Below are positions 1-8,130 of a DNA stretch of 33,477 bases, piece by piece. The notes under the pieces were generated by a model. That model ran no database searches and had not been told where the DNA came from. It saw nothing but the letters and a program-made list of their open reading frames with translations. Numbering within the stretch: position 1 is the first letter of the stretch; each line of letters starts with the position of its first letter. The stretch is from a virus (Duplodnaviria > Caudoviricetes), in the IMG/VR virus record IMGVR_UViG_3300037751_000749, positions 1 to 33,477 of that record. The stretch is one strand, 5' to 3'. Both the position numbers and the translations under genes were made by a program.

Positions 1-148
1 CGTGGATCGCCTCCGCGATCTCCGCCTGGGTCGGGTTGCAATGCCCCTTCCCCCCCGCCTCCAGGTCGAGGTCGGCGAACACCCGCTGCGCCAGCGGCGG
101 CAGCTCCAGCAGCTCGCGCGGGAACTTCGCCCAGTCCACCGGGCTCAC
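1..148 (-). CDS. Putative phage replication initiator, N-terminal HTH (truncated by window edge)
   Basis: GTG at 148 overlaps the methylase stop (GTGA); reads MSPVDWAKFPRELLELPPLAQRVFADLDLEAGGKGHCNPTQAEIAEAIH, with a C-x-P-T-Q-x-x-I-A-E pattern typical of phage initiator wHTH N-termini. Confidence 0.55.
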   Translation of the reverse strand, partial: MSPVDWAKFPRELLELPPLAQRVFADLDLEAGGKGHCNPTQAEIAEAIH

Positions 149-714
149 CGCTCCACCCCCTCTGGGAACGGCACCGCCGGCGGCGCGTCGATCGCCGCCT
201 CTTTCCCGTAGGCCAGCCAGCCCGGCCGACCGCGGCGCGCGAAGAGCTCGACGTACGGCGGTGGCGACAGGCCCTCGACCAGCTCGTAGAACGCGTCAGG
301 CTTCTCGGAGTGGCGCTGGCGGGGCGCGTCGAACACCGACGGTACGTTGGCCCGGAGGCGCTCCGGGCGCCCGCGTACGGCGATGAGACAGACCTCGTGC
401 GCCATCCGGACCTGACGGCCCATCCCGAGGCGCGGCCGCGTCCCATCGAGCGTCACCTTCCGCCACACGAGCTCGCTCTTGAGCTCGAAGCCCCAGGCCC
501 GCACGACGTCGAGCGCGTCCGCCTGGTGGGCCGTGGTGCGCCACAGGAACAGCCGGCAGTCGGGCGCCAGCGGCGGCAACGGGAACCGGAGGATCGCCGG
601 CAACCGCAGCGTCTCGTAGTGGGTCGCCGCCCCCCGCGCTGGCCCGGGCAGCGGATCGTCGAAGCGCCACGGCGGATCCGCGACGAGGGTGCGGGCGGGG
701 GCGCGCCGGCTCAC
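145..714 (-). CDS. MT-A70 family N6-adenine methyltransferase
   Basis: TLVADPPW catalytic motif, LFLW, GMG..R..HE..LIA.RG, HSEKPD, ELFAR; GTG start at 714 coupled to the upstream stop. Confidence 0.93.
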   Translation of the reverse strand: MSRRAPARTLVADPPWRFDDPLPGPARGAATHYETLRLPAILRFPLPPLAPDCRLFLWRTTAHQADALDVVRAWGFELKSELVWRKVTLDGTRPRLGMGRQVRMAHEVCLIAVRGRPERLRANVPSVFDAPRQRHSEKPDAFYELVEGLSPPPYVELFARRGRPGWLAYGKEAAIDAPPAVPFPEGVER

Positions 715-839
715 GCGGCGTCCTCGCTCAGTGCGGGCTTGGGCTTGAGCGGCCGCAGCGGCCGCAGCAGCGGCTCCACCGCTCCGCACTCGCAGCGTTC
801 GCCAGCCACACGGGCCGGCCCTCCATCGCGTCGAGTCAC
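711..839 (-). CDS. Small hypothetical protein (CxC)
   Basis: GTGA overlaps at both ends within the coupled operon. Confidence 0.45.
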   Translation of the reverse strand: MTRRDGGPARVAGERCECGAVEPLLRPLRPLKPKPALSEDAA

Positions 840-1021
840 TTGTTCACCGTCAGCGCCACGTTCAGGTCCGCGCCGGTCCCCCGGAGCGGGCGTCGTACGA
901 ACGCCAGTTCGCCGAACCCACCGCCCGCGAGCGCCTTCGGGTGCGAGCGCGCCCACTCCCGCAGCTCACCGAACCCACCGCGTAGCAGCACCGGCCGCGG
1001 CTGCCGATCCACGATCCTCAC
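836..1021 (-). CDS. Small hypothetical protein with duplicated GGFGEL motif
   Basis: GTGA-coupled at both ends; RGGFGELRE...GGGFGELAF. Confidence 0.5.
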   Translation of the reverse strand: MRIVDRQPRPVLLRGGFGELREWARSHPKALAGGGFGELAFVRRPLRGTGADLNVALTVNK

Positions 1022-1212
1022 GAGGCCACCTCCCACTCATCGGCGAGCTGCCGGCGGCGCTTCGGCCACACCCCCGGATGCCTCCGGAACTCGTCCACGA
1101 TGTCCGTCTCCGCCCGCAGCGCGAAGGTCCGCTTCGCCCCGCAGCGCTTGCACACCGACGGCCCCGCGAGGTCCGGCGGCGGCACCATCCACCAGTGCAC
1201 GCACCCGCTCAT
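1018..1212 (-). CDS. Small Zn-binding protein (CxHxW...CxxC)
   Basis: CVHWWMVPPP..GPSVCKRCGAKRTF; ATGA overlap with the ATPase stop. Confidence 0.7.
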   Translation of the reverse strand: MSGCVHWWMVPPPDLAGPSVCKRCGAKRTFALRAETDIVDEFRRHPGVWPKRRRQLADEWEVAS

Positions 1213-3050
1213 GCCGCCACTCCCGACTCCACGAACAGCGAGTCCGAGGCGCGCATCGAGGCGTTCCCGCCCTCGATCAGCTCAAGCGTCCGTAGCTTGC
1301 CCAGCGCGTTTCTGAACCCACCTCCGGACGCCTGGTAGCCGGTCAGCATCGCCACCTCATCGGCGCTCAGGCGCGATGGGTGGTGTTCACACAACGCCTC
1401 CAGCGCCGCTGACTCCGCCTTGGACAGCCGCCCGAGCCAGTACGAGCGCAGATCGCGGCCGGCCGGCAGCGGCTCGAACGCACCGAGCTCGGCGAGCCCG
1501 CTCGGCGTCGCCCGCAAGAGGTCCTGGTTGGACCCGGTGATCGCCTCCCGGCTCCGCAGGCTCCCCAGCGCATTTCGGAAGCCACCCCCTGAGCTCGCGT
1601 ACCCCGCGAGGACCGCCACCTGTGTCATCGTGCGTCCCTGTGGGTACTGCGCCAGCACCGTCAGGATCGACCGCTCAGCCTTGCTGAGGCCGCTGGTCCC
1701 GCCCCCACCTGGGCGCACGCGCGCGGCCACCGCCTCGGGGCTTCGACCCGGATGCCGAGACGGCTGAACCGTCACCGCGCGCGTGCGCTCAACCGGGGAC
1801 GGCGCCTCGAGCTCGGGCGCCTCCGTCAACCCGAAGAACGTGTCATGCAACCCCTTCAGCTCATCGCGGATCGCGGACGTCTGCCCGCTGATCTCGCTCA
1901 GCGCCTCGTACGCGTCCAGCGCCACCCGGCGCATCGACGCGAGCCGCTCCGCCACCTCGAACAGCCGTCGCTGCTGTCGCTCGAGCGCCTGGTCCCGCTC
2001 CACGATCGCCGCCTCGAGGCGCGACACCAGCTCAGCGTCGCCACCGTCCACCGCGGCGGGACGCGACCGCTCCGCCGCCAGCTCCCGCTCCAGCCCCGCG
2101 ATCCGCTTGCGCAGGACGGCGGGGTCCTCTGCCGCGGCGCGCTCGATCGTCTCGGCCATCCGCTCCCGCAGCGCCTCCACGTCGATCTCCGCCAGCCGCT
2201 TCGGCTCGGTCCGCACCTCGCCCCGCTTCGGCGTCGCCGAGCTGTCGTACGTCTCCGCCAGCAGCACCCGCACCCGCTCGAAGATCCCGATCCAGCCGGC
2301 GTCCCAGATCCACGCCTCGCCCACCGCCAGCGACGCCAGCGTCCCCAGCACCTCGCCGCCGCGATCGTCGCTGTCGTGCGCCTCCACCCACTGCCCGACC
2401 GCGCGGCGGTCCAGCTGATGCGTCAGCCGGTGCGCCACCAGCACCTGGCACTGGGTCAGGACATCCTTGTTGATCACCTGCGGCCGCTGGCTGATCAGCG
2501 TCACCCCCAGGCCGGAGGCGCGCCCCCGCCGCACGATCCGGTCGATCGCCCCGAACATCCGCTCCGACCCGCGGTGGAGCCGCTGCGGGACGAACTCGTC
2601 CGCCTCGTCGATGAACAGGTGCAACGGCGTCCGCTGGTCGCTCCGCCCCTTCCGCTCGTAGAGCCGCTCGGCGAAGTCCGCCACGAACCGTCGCTTCTCG
2701 GCCTCGCTCATGTGTCGCAGCGACAGCACCGCGCTCACCGTCTCGTCCACCACCAGGTCCGCCACCAGCGACCCCGCCGTCGGCTCCAGCGGCACGTCCG
2801 CGTGCTCCCCGCCCAGGATCGCGATCGGCTGACCGGCGCCCGCCCCGTCCGCCGACGAACGCAGCCCCCAGGCCACATCGACCGGGTCCAAAAAGACGAT
2901 CGGCGACCCCGCCGCGAGCATCTGCTCCGCCATCCGACGCGCAGTCTGCGTCTTCCCGGAGCCCCGCTTGCCGAGGATCGCGAAGGTCTCCGTCACCGCC
3001 TCGATCGGCAGGCGTACGTTCGCAGCGATCTGAATCGTCGGATCGCTCAT
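1209..3050 (-). CDS. HerA/FtsK-like (DUF87/DUF853-type) ATPase with coiled coil and two C-terminal wHTH repeats
   Basis: Walker A GKRGSGKT, Walker B LHLFIDEAD, RRGRASGLGVTLISQRP motif; ATG at 3050 (ATGA overlap). Confidence 0.88.
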   Translation of the reverse strand: MSDPTIQIAANVRLPIEAVTETFAILGKRGSGKTQTARRMAEQMLAAGSPIVFLDPVDVAWGLRSSADGAGAGQPIAILGGEHADVPLEPTAGSLVADLVVDETVSAVLSLRHMSEAEKRRFVADFAERLYERKGRSDQRTPLHLFIDEADEFVPQRLHRGSERMFGAIDRIVRRGRASGLGVTLISQRPQVINKDVLTQCQVLVAHRLTHQLDRRAVGQWVEAHDSDDRGGEVLGTLASLAVGEAWIWDAGWIGIFERVRVLLAETYDSSATPKRGEVRTEPKRLAEIDVEALRERMAETIERAAAEDPAVLRKRIAGLERELAAERSRPAAVDGGDAELVSRLEAAIVERDQALERQQRRLFEVAERLASMRRVALDAYEALSEISGQTSAIRDELKGLHDTFFGLTEAPELEAPSPVERTRAVTVQPSRHPGRSPEAVAARVRPGGGGTSGLSKAERSILTVLAQYPQGRTMTQVAVLAGYASSGGGFRNALGSLRSREAITGSNQDLLRATPSGLAELGAFEPLPAGRDLRSYWLGRLSKAESAALEALCEHHPSRLSADEVAMLTGYQASGGGFRNALGKLRTLELIEGGNASMRASDSLFVESGVAA

Positions 3051-3226
3051 CGCCGCCGCCTCCCATCGAGGAACCGCGGCTCGCCCCGCACCGCCGGCGG
3101 CACCCGGAGCCGGCCGTGCCAGAACTCCCCCACCAGCACCACCGCGTAGAAACCGAAGCACGCAAGCAGTACCACCAGCGCCCCCAACTGGACGATCCCG
3201 AGGGTCGCGATCGCCTCGAGGCCCAT
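3047..3226 (-). CDS. Small membrane protein
   Basis: MGLEAIATLGIVQLGALVVLLACFGFYAVVLVG hydrophobic stretch; coupled at both ends. Confidence 0.6.
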   Translation of the reverse strand: MGLEAIATLGIVQLGALVVLLACFGFYAVVLVGEFWHGRLRVPPAVRGEPRFLDGRRRR

Positions 3227-3420
3227 CAGTTCTGCCCGTCCGCAGGGCGGCGGCCCCCGGTGGCGGGGGACAAGAGCTCGCCCCGCACGTACGACTCGAA
3301 GAAGCTCGCTCGGACGACCACCTGGTTCGCCGTGGGATTCGCCAGGTGGCTGCTCTGCACCGCCTGGTTCAGCGCCTCGAGGCGGATCCGCTCGTCGCGC
3401 GTCAGCTGGTCCTCGGCCAT
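3226..3420 (-). CDS. Hypothetical protein
   Basis: MAEDQLTRDERIRLEALNQA...; TGATG overlaps and an AGGAG RBS. Confidence 0.65.
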   Translation of the reverse strand: MAEDQLTRDERIRLEALNQAVQSSHLANPTANQVVVRASFFESYVRGELLSPATGGRRPADGQN

Positions 3421-3803
3421 CACCCACTCCTTCGCTCGCCGGGGCCTCGAGGCGTGGCCAGCCCCCGGACGGCGCGCGACCGCTCGTCCCTCGCTCCAGG
3501 GCTGGCCACCCCTCGACACGCCGACTCCCGCCGCCGCCGGCGCCGCTGCCGCTGGTAGGTCGCGTTGGCCTCGCGGCACGCCTCACATGCGCAGCCACTG
3601 AGGTAGCGGTTGCGGGTTCCATGGGGAGGGGCCCCGACCGAGAGGCCGAGGACGCTCATGATCTGACTGACCAGCGGACGGCTGACGCCGAACTCGACCG
3701 AAACCGCGGTGCTGGTGCCGCGCGGAACGGTCGTATCCTCGCCGAAGCGCTCCAGCAGGTGCGCCCGGATCGCCGCGGTGGCGTCGTTCCTCGCCGCCTT
3801 CAC
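3420..3803 (-). CDS. HTH plus Zn-binding protein (HGT..Y..GCxC..C motif)
   Basis: AVSVEFGVSRPLVSQIM HTH-like segment and PHGTRNRYLSGCACEACREANATYQR; GTG at 3803 with AGGAG RBS. Confidence 0.65.
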   Translation of the reverse strand: MKAARNDATAAIRAHLLERFGEDTTVPRGTSTAVSVEFGVSRPLVSQIMSVLGLSVGAPPHGTRNRYLSGCACEACREANATYQRQRRRRRRESACRGVASPGARDERSRAVRGLATPRGPGERRSG

Positions 3804-3896
3804 GGCCGCGTCTCCTGCCACGTCAGCTTCCCGGCCACCAGCAGCGTCACCAGCGCCCCACCAGCCGCGACGCCGGCGAGGAACGACGCCACCGCG
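3774..3896. repeat. 23-bp perfect inverted repeat with 77-bp spacer
   Basis: CGCGGTGGCGTCGTTCCTCGCCG (3774-3796) is the exact reverse complement of CGGCGAGGAACGACGCCACCGCG (3874-3896). Confidence 0.92.
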
Positions 3897-3913
3897 ATCC
3901 CCACGCGGGTCAC
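3800..3913 (-). CDS. Small single-pass membrane peptide
   Basis: MTRVGIAVASFLAGVAAGGALVTLLVAGKLTWQETRP; GTGA-coupled at both ends. Confidence 0.55.
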   Translation of the reverse strand: MTRVGIAVASFLAGVAAGGALVTLLVAGKLTWQETRP

Positions 3914-4095
3914 GGCGTCGACTCCCACGGCCACCGCTGAGGACTCATCGACTCCACGTCCACCCGCGGCTCCGGCGCCGGGCGCTCGTCCAGCGCTCGG
4001 AAGCTCCGCTCCCGCCCCCGCGCCGCCAGCACGGCCCCCACGAGCGGGTAGCCGAAGATCACCGCGAAGCACGCCAGCCCCACCAGCGCGATCAC
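3910..4095 (-). CDS. Small membrane protein
   Basis: MIALVGLACFAVIFGYPLVGAVLAA; GTGA-coupled. Confidence 0.55.
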   Translation of the reverse strand: MIALVGLACFAVIFGYPLVGAVLAARGRERSFRALDERPAPEPRVDVESMSPQRWPWESTP

Positions 4096-4232
4096 CACGA
4101 GTTCCGTCCGTCCTGCCACCGCTCGTACGCCGCGGCGAGCGCCTCGACGGCCAGCGCCACGAGGGCACCGAGCACCGTCAGCGCCGCCCCGAAGGCGATC
4201 GCCTTCCCCACCGGCCACTCCAGCCCGTTCAT
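4092..4232 (-). CDS. Small membrane protein (not in ORF track)
   Basis: MNGLEWPVGKAIAFGAALTVLGALVALAVEALAAAYERWQDGRNSW; fills the gap exactly with TGATG and GTGA overlaps. Confidence 0.6.
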   Translation of the reverse strand: MNGLEWPVGKAIAFGAALTVLGALVALAVEALAAAYERWQDGRNSW

Positions 4233-4552
4233 CAGTTACCCCCGTCCCTGACCTGCGACAGCACGCGCAGGAGCTCAGGCATCGACGACTCGGGATCGGT
4301 CCGGTCGTAGGCGATCACGTGATCGGCGATCCGCCGCAACTTCCGCGGCAGCTCGCCGTCGCCGGGGTCGTGCAGCAGCACGATCGGCTTGTCGAGCAGC
4401 AGCGCCAGCCCCAGCTCGAACAGGGGCAGCGCATCACCGTTCGGGTCGTCCACCATCGCGCGGCTGAACAACTGCAAGAAATGGCTCGACCCCTCGATCG
4501 CCTCGATCGTCCGCTTGAACTTGCCGAACGTCAGGTCGCGGCTGGACTCCAT
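4232..4552 (-). CDS. TIR / nucleoside 2-deoxyribosyltransferase-like small protein
   Basis: IEAIEGSSHFLQLFS...FELGLALLLDKPIVLL resembles the ELGxAxxxxKP motif of the NDT/TIR fold. Confidence 0.6.
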   Translation of the reverse strand: MESSRDLTFGKFKRTIEAIEGSSHFLQLFSRAMVDDPNGDALPLFELGLALLLDKPIVLLHDPGDGELPRKLRRIADHVIAYDRTDPESSMPELLRVLSQVRDGGN

Positions 4553-5319
4553 CAGAACGGCTCCGCTCGGATGTCTGTACCGGCGAGGTACTCGTCGAGC
4601 TGCTTGCACAGCAGCGGGATGTCCGCCGCCGCGATCGTCGCCGGGGTGAAGTCGAACCCGCCGGCCTCGTCGAGCTGGCAGGGCGCGGCGAGCGGCACCT
4701 TCGAGAAGTAGGTCCAGAAGGCGAGCCACACCGTGGCCCTCGCCCGTACCCATTCGGGCGAGCCCGGCTCATGCTTCGACGACTCGCGGTTGAGGCCGAA
4801 GCGCTCGGTGAGCACCAGCGTCAGCCGCGGTCGCAGCTCCGTGGTGTAGAGGCGGTCCCACTCCTCCGTCACCGGCACGCCCTCGGGCGACAGCGGCGTC
4901 GAGGTCATCGACGGCACCGGGACTTCGCGCCGCGCGCCAGGGGCGGGCTCAGCGCCCGGCGCGGGAGGCGTGCGGGTGGTCTGGCTCTTCCACGGGGTGT
5001 GGTTCTTGCGCTTCGCCATCCCCTCGTCGCCGAAGGGCACCATCCGATGCTTGTCCTCCGGGAGCGGGTGGTAGAACTTGTCGACCTTGCGATCGCCGCC
5101 GGGATCGTGGCTCGGTCGGAGCAGCACGCCGCCGGGACAGATCACCTCGCCGTCCTCCACCAGCGGCAGGCAGTAGCGGTCGGTGTCGAGCCCGGCATCG
5201 AGCACGTCCCGCAGCTCGGTCAGCCGCTCGAGGATCGCCAGCAGCAGCTCACGGTCGCTCAGCACCTCGCCCGTCTGAGGGTCGACGCCCACGGGGGCCG
5301 TGGTGGGGGTCGCCACCAT
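4552..5319 (-). CDS. Hypothetical early protein (VDPQTGEV motif)
   Basis: ATG at 5319 coupled to the xis stop; 255 aa with phage-like codon usage. Confidence 0.7.
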   Translation of the reverse strand: MVATPTTAPVGVDPQTGEVLSDRELLLAILERLTELRDVLDAGLDTDRYCLPLVEDGEVICPGGVLLRPSHDPGGDRKVDKFYHPLPEDKHRMVPFGDEGMAKRKNHTPWKSQTTRTPPAPGAEPAPGARREVPVPSMTSTPLSPEGVPVTEEWDRLYTTELRPRLTLVLTERFGLNRESSKHEPGSPEWVRARATVWLAFWTYFSKVPLAAPCQLDEAGGFDFTPATIAAADIPLLCKQLDEYLAGTDIRAEPF

Positions 5320-5705
5320 CAGCTCGCCCTCCCGCGACCCACACGCCTCGTGGCGGGCTCCGCCGCCGCCTCGCGCAGCGCGCGGTCCAGCTCGCTCACC
5401 GGGTACACCACCGCCGCCCCCAGCCGCGACGGCCGGATCGCGCCCTGCTTCACGAGCGACGCCAGCAGCGTCTCCCCGATCCCCAGGTACACCGCCGCCT
5501 CCGGGCCCCGCAGCGCCGCCGGGCCGCCCAACGAGGCGCGCTCGATCCGTTCCTCCAGCAGCGCCCACACCCGCTCCGCGGTCGCCGCCGCCTCCACCTC
5601 GAGCGCCCGCTCCCGCAGCGCCACCGCCTCCGCGAACGCCGCCCCCTCGCCGCCTCGCTCCACCGCCCGCGGCGCGGACGTCCGGACGTCTTTCGCCTCC
5701 GTCAC
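5319..5705 (-). CDS. xis: Excisionase-like HTH DNA-binding protein
   Basis: LRGPEAAVYLGIGETLLASLVKQGAIRPSRLGAAVVYPVSELDRAL, an Xis/MerR-like wHTH; located in the early operon after cro. Confidence 0.75.
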   Translation of the reverse strand: MTEAKDVRTSAPRAVERGGEGAAFAEAVALRERALEVEAAATAERVWALLEERIERASLGGPAALRGPEAAVYLGIGETLLASLVKQGAIRPSRLGAAVVYPVSELDRALREAAAEPATRRVGRGRAS

Positions 5706-5887
5706 TCCGACACCGCCTGGCGCTCGCGTACCTCATCCACCAACTCCTCGAGATATCGCGCGCACGCGATGCCGTACTCCTCCGAGGCGTCGGCCCCGAC
5801 TGGGGTCAAGAAGCTGTCCGGGTCAGCCATGCAACGCTCCCGCCAGAGATCAAACGCCGCGGCGAGCTCGATCATGGTTGCGTTCAC
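5702..5887 (-). CDS. Hypothetical protein
   Basis: MNATMIELAAAFDLWRERC...; GTGA-coupled with cro and xis. Confidence 0.65.
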   Translation of the reverse strand: MNATMIELAAAFDLWRERCMADPDSFLTPVGADASEEYGIACARYLEELVDEVRERQAVSE

Positions 5888-6108
5888 GCCCGCGCCTCCT
5901 GCGGCTCGCGGAGCGCGGCCTCGTCTACCCCCAGCAGCTTCGCCAGCTGCTTGAGCCGCGCTGCCGGCAACGGCCGCTCGCCGTTCAGCCAGCGGTGCAC
6001 CGTCGACACATCGACCGGCGGATCGAGCTGCTGCGCCACCCAGCGGCGCCGGCGACCCTGCGCGATCAGTACCTGCTCCAGGGCCGTCCGAGGTTCGCCC
6101 TCCTGCAT
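5884..6108 (-). CDS. cro: Cro-like XRE HTH regulator
   Basis: RRWVAQQLDPPVDVSTVHRWLNGERPL...LAKLLGVD; strong RBS; divergent from the repressor. Confidence 0.85.
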   Translation of the reverse strand: MQEGEPRTALEQVLIAQGRRRRWVAQQLDPPVDVSTVHRWLNGERPLPAARLKQLAKLLGVDEAALREPQEARA

Positions 6109-6239
6109 CGCTCCTCGCCTCCTTGCCGCCGCACTGCCCTAGCGCAGCGGTGCTATAGTGACCTATACCAACAGCGGCGTCAAGCGAGGGTGAGGCGGGG
6201 CGATTGTGCGGCATCGTATGATTGCGCTAGAGTGCCTCC
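6109..6239. promoter_or_regulatory. Divergent lysis/lysogeny switch promoters and operators
   Basis: Leftward TTGACG(6183-6178)-N17-CACTAT; rightward TTGTGC(6204-6209)-N18-TAGAGT(6228-6233); palindromes TAGCGC-AGCG-GTGCTA (6140-6155) and TATAG-TGAC-CTATA (6154-6167); locally AT-richer. Confidence 0.7.
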
Positions 6240-6551
6240 ATGGTGGGACAGTCACTCGGAGCCTGGTTGGCTGGCGAGCTGGAGCGGCGAGGAGAGTCGC
6301 GTCGCGCTTTCGCGCGGCGGATCAAGGTCACCGACGCCACCGTCGCGGGCTGGATCCGCAGCGGCGCGCGGCCGACCTGGGAGAACTGCCAGCGGATCGC
6401 CGATGCCCTCGACGTCGACGTCGCCTCCGTCCGCCACCGCGCCGGCTACGACCACGAGCCAGCGCTCGATCCGGAACTGCGGCGCAATCTCACCACGGCC
6501 CAGCTCGACGAGGTCGAGCGCTTCATCCAAGAACTCCGCGACGCCGGGTGA
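6240..6551 (+). CDS. CI-like immunity repressor (XRE HTH, no peptidase domain)
   Basis: SRRAFARRIKVTDATVAGWIRSGARPTWENCQRIADALDVD; divergent from cro and upstream of the integrase. Confidence 0.88.
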   Translation: MVGQSLGAWLAGELERRGESRRAFARRIKVTDATVAGWIRSGARPTWENCQRIADALDVDVASVRHRAGYDHEPALDPELRRNLTTAQLDEVERFIQELRDAG

Positions 6552-6572
6552 ACCAGTAGTAGGAGATGAGCC

Positions 6573-7007
6573 ATGACACGCACGATCCTCGCGGCCCTCG
6601 CCGCCGCCGCGATCCTCTCCGGATGCGCAGGCGAGCCATCCGACGATGAAACTGCCGGGTGGGCCGTCGACGTGTGCGAGGCAATCGGCCCGTTCCTCGG
6701 GGCCGTGGCCGGAACCGATAACCCGGCTGTGCTCATGTTCCATGCGGAGCGAGCGCGTGACGCGCTCGAAGAGGTCGATCCGCCCGGGGGCCTCGGCAGC
6801 CTGCATGGCGCGTACCAGCGATGGGCCGACTCGTACGTCGAGGCGCTCACCGAAGCGAGCGACGCCCGGAACGCCGGCACGCGCGAGTCGGACGTCCTGA
6901 CCGCCTTCGCGATCAAAGACGCGCGGATCCGCGAGCAGCTCGACGATGCGGGCAACAGCGCCCCGGAGCAGGTCGCGGAGGCGCTCCGCTTCGCCTGTCG
7001 GGCGTAG
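6573..7007 (+). CDS. Lipoprotein, candidate superinfection exclusion
   Basis: Signal peptide MTRTILAALAAAAI plus lipobox LSG-C; AGGAG RBS; lies in the lysogeny operon. Confidence 0.75.
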   Translation: MTRTILAALAAAAILSGCAGEPSDDETAGWAVDVCEAIGPFLGAVAGTDNPAVLMFHAERARDALEEVDPPGGLGSLHGAYQRWADSYVEALTEASDARNAGTRESDVLTAFAIKDARIREQLDDAGNSAPEQVAEALRFACRA

Positions 7008-7017
7008 ACTCCGCCCC

Positions 7018-8130
7018 ATGACCACCCGCCGCCCGCGCGGCCGCGGCTCCGTCTACCGCGAGGGCGCGGGCTACGTCGCCGCCATCTCGCTCGGTGGGGG
7101 TGGACGGCGCAAACGGCGCGCCCGCACCCCGGGCGAGGCCTGGGACGCGCTCGACGAGCTGCTCCGCGAAGCCGGCCTCGGCATCGACGGCGGGGACGCC
7201 CTGCTCCGCGACTACCTCCTCGCCTGGCTCGAGCACGCCGAGCGCGGCTGGGCCCCCAGCACCGCCTACCGCCAGCGTGGCATCGTCCGCAACCACCTGA
7301 TCCCGGAGCTCGGTCACCTCCGCCTCGACCAGCTCGGGCCCCAGCACGTCCAGCGCCTGCTCGACCGCAAGTCGCGGCGGCTCTCCCCGCGTTCGGTGCA
7401 GTACGTCCGCGTCGTGCTCCACACCGCGATCGACCAGGCGCGCCGCTGGCGGATGGTCTCCGAGAACGTCGTCGGCCTCGTCCCAGGCCCCAGCGTCCGC
7501 CGCGATCCCGTCGTCCCGCTCACGGCCGCGGAGGCGGCCACGCTGCTGGAGGCCGCCCCCGGCACCGACGCGGGCACGCTCTACGCGCTGGCGATCCTCA
7601 CCGGGATGCGCCAGGGGGAGCTGCTCGCGCTGCGCTGGCTCGACGTCGACCTCGAGCTGGGGGCGCTCCGCGTCGCACGCACGCTCTACCGCCCCTCTCG
7701 CGCCGCCTGGGAACTGCGGCGGCCGAAGACGGAGGGCAGCCGCCGGCGGATCGCGATCGGCCCCCAGCTCGTCGCCCTGCTGCGTGAGCACCGCCAGCGC
7801 CAGCGCGTCACCCGCCTCGCCGCCGGGAGCTGGCTAGACCTCGACCTCGTCTTCCCCGCCGGCAACGGCGAGCCGCGCTACGCCTCGAGCGTCACGAAAC
7901 GGTTCCAGCAGGACGTGCGCCGGCTCGGGATCCGCCCGGGCGTCCGGTTCCACGACCTCCGCCACACGGCGGCGTCGTTGATGCTCGCGCGCGGCCTGTC
8001 CATGAAGCTGATCCAGGAGCAGCTCGGCCACGCCAGCTTCGCCTTCACGGCGGACGTCTACACCCACCTCGAGGAGTCGCTGCGCCGCGACGTCGCCGAT
8101 ACGATGGACGGCCTGCTGGGGGCGCGCTGA
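7018..8130 (+). CDS. int: Tyrosine integrase
   Basis: RGRGSVYR N-terminus, SAM-like domain, TGMRQGE (R), PKT (K), FHDLRH, LGH, DVYTH (Y). Confidence 0.97.
   Translation: MTTRRPRGRGSVYREGAGYVAAISLGGGGRRKRRARTPGEAWDALDELLREAGLGIDGGDALLRDYLLAWLEHAERGWAPSTAYRQRGIVRNHLIPELGHLRLDQLGPQHVQRLLDRKSRRLSPRSVQYVRVVLHTAIDQARRWRMVSENVVGLVPGPSVRRDPVVPLTAAEAATLLEAAPGTDAGTLYALAILTGMRQGELLALRWLDVDLELGALRVARTLYRPSRAAWELRRPKTEGSRRRIAIGPQLVALLREHRQRQRVTRLAAGSWLDLDLVFPAGNGEPRYASSVTKRFQQDVRRLGIRPGVRFHDLRHTAASLMLARGLSMKLIQEQLGHASFAFTADVYTHLEESLRRDVADTMDGLLGAR

Noticed and set aside
905-985. 13-bp direct repeat CCGAACCCACCGC as replication iterons
   Set aside because: Only two copies, explained by the GGFGEL peptide duplication
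6240-6551. Self-cleaving SOS-type repressor
   Set aside because: Only 103 aa with no S24 peptidase domain, and no adjacent ImmA; the induction mechanism is not evident in the window
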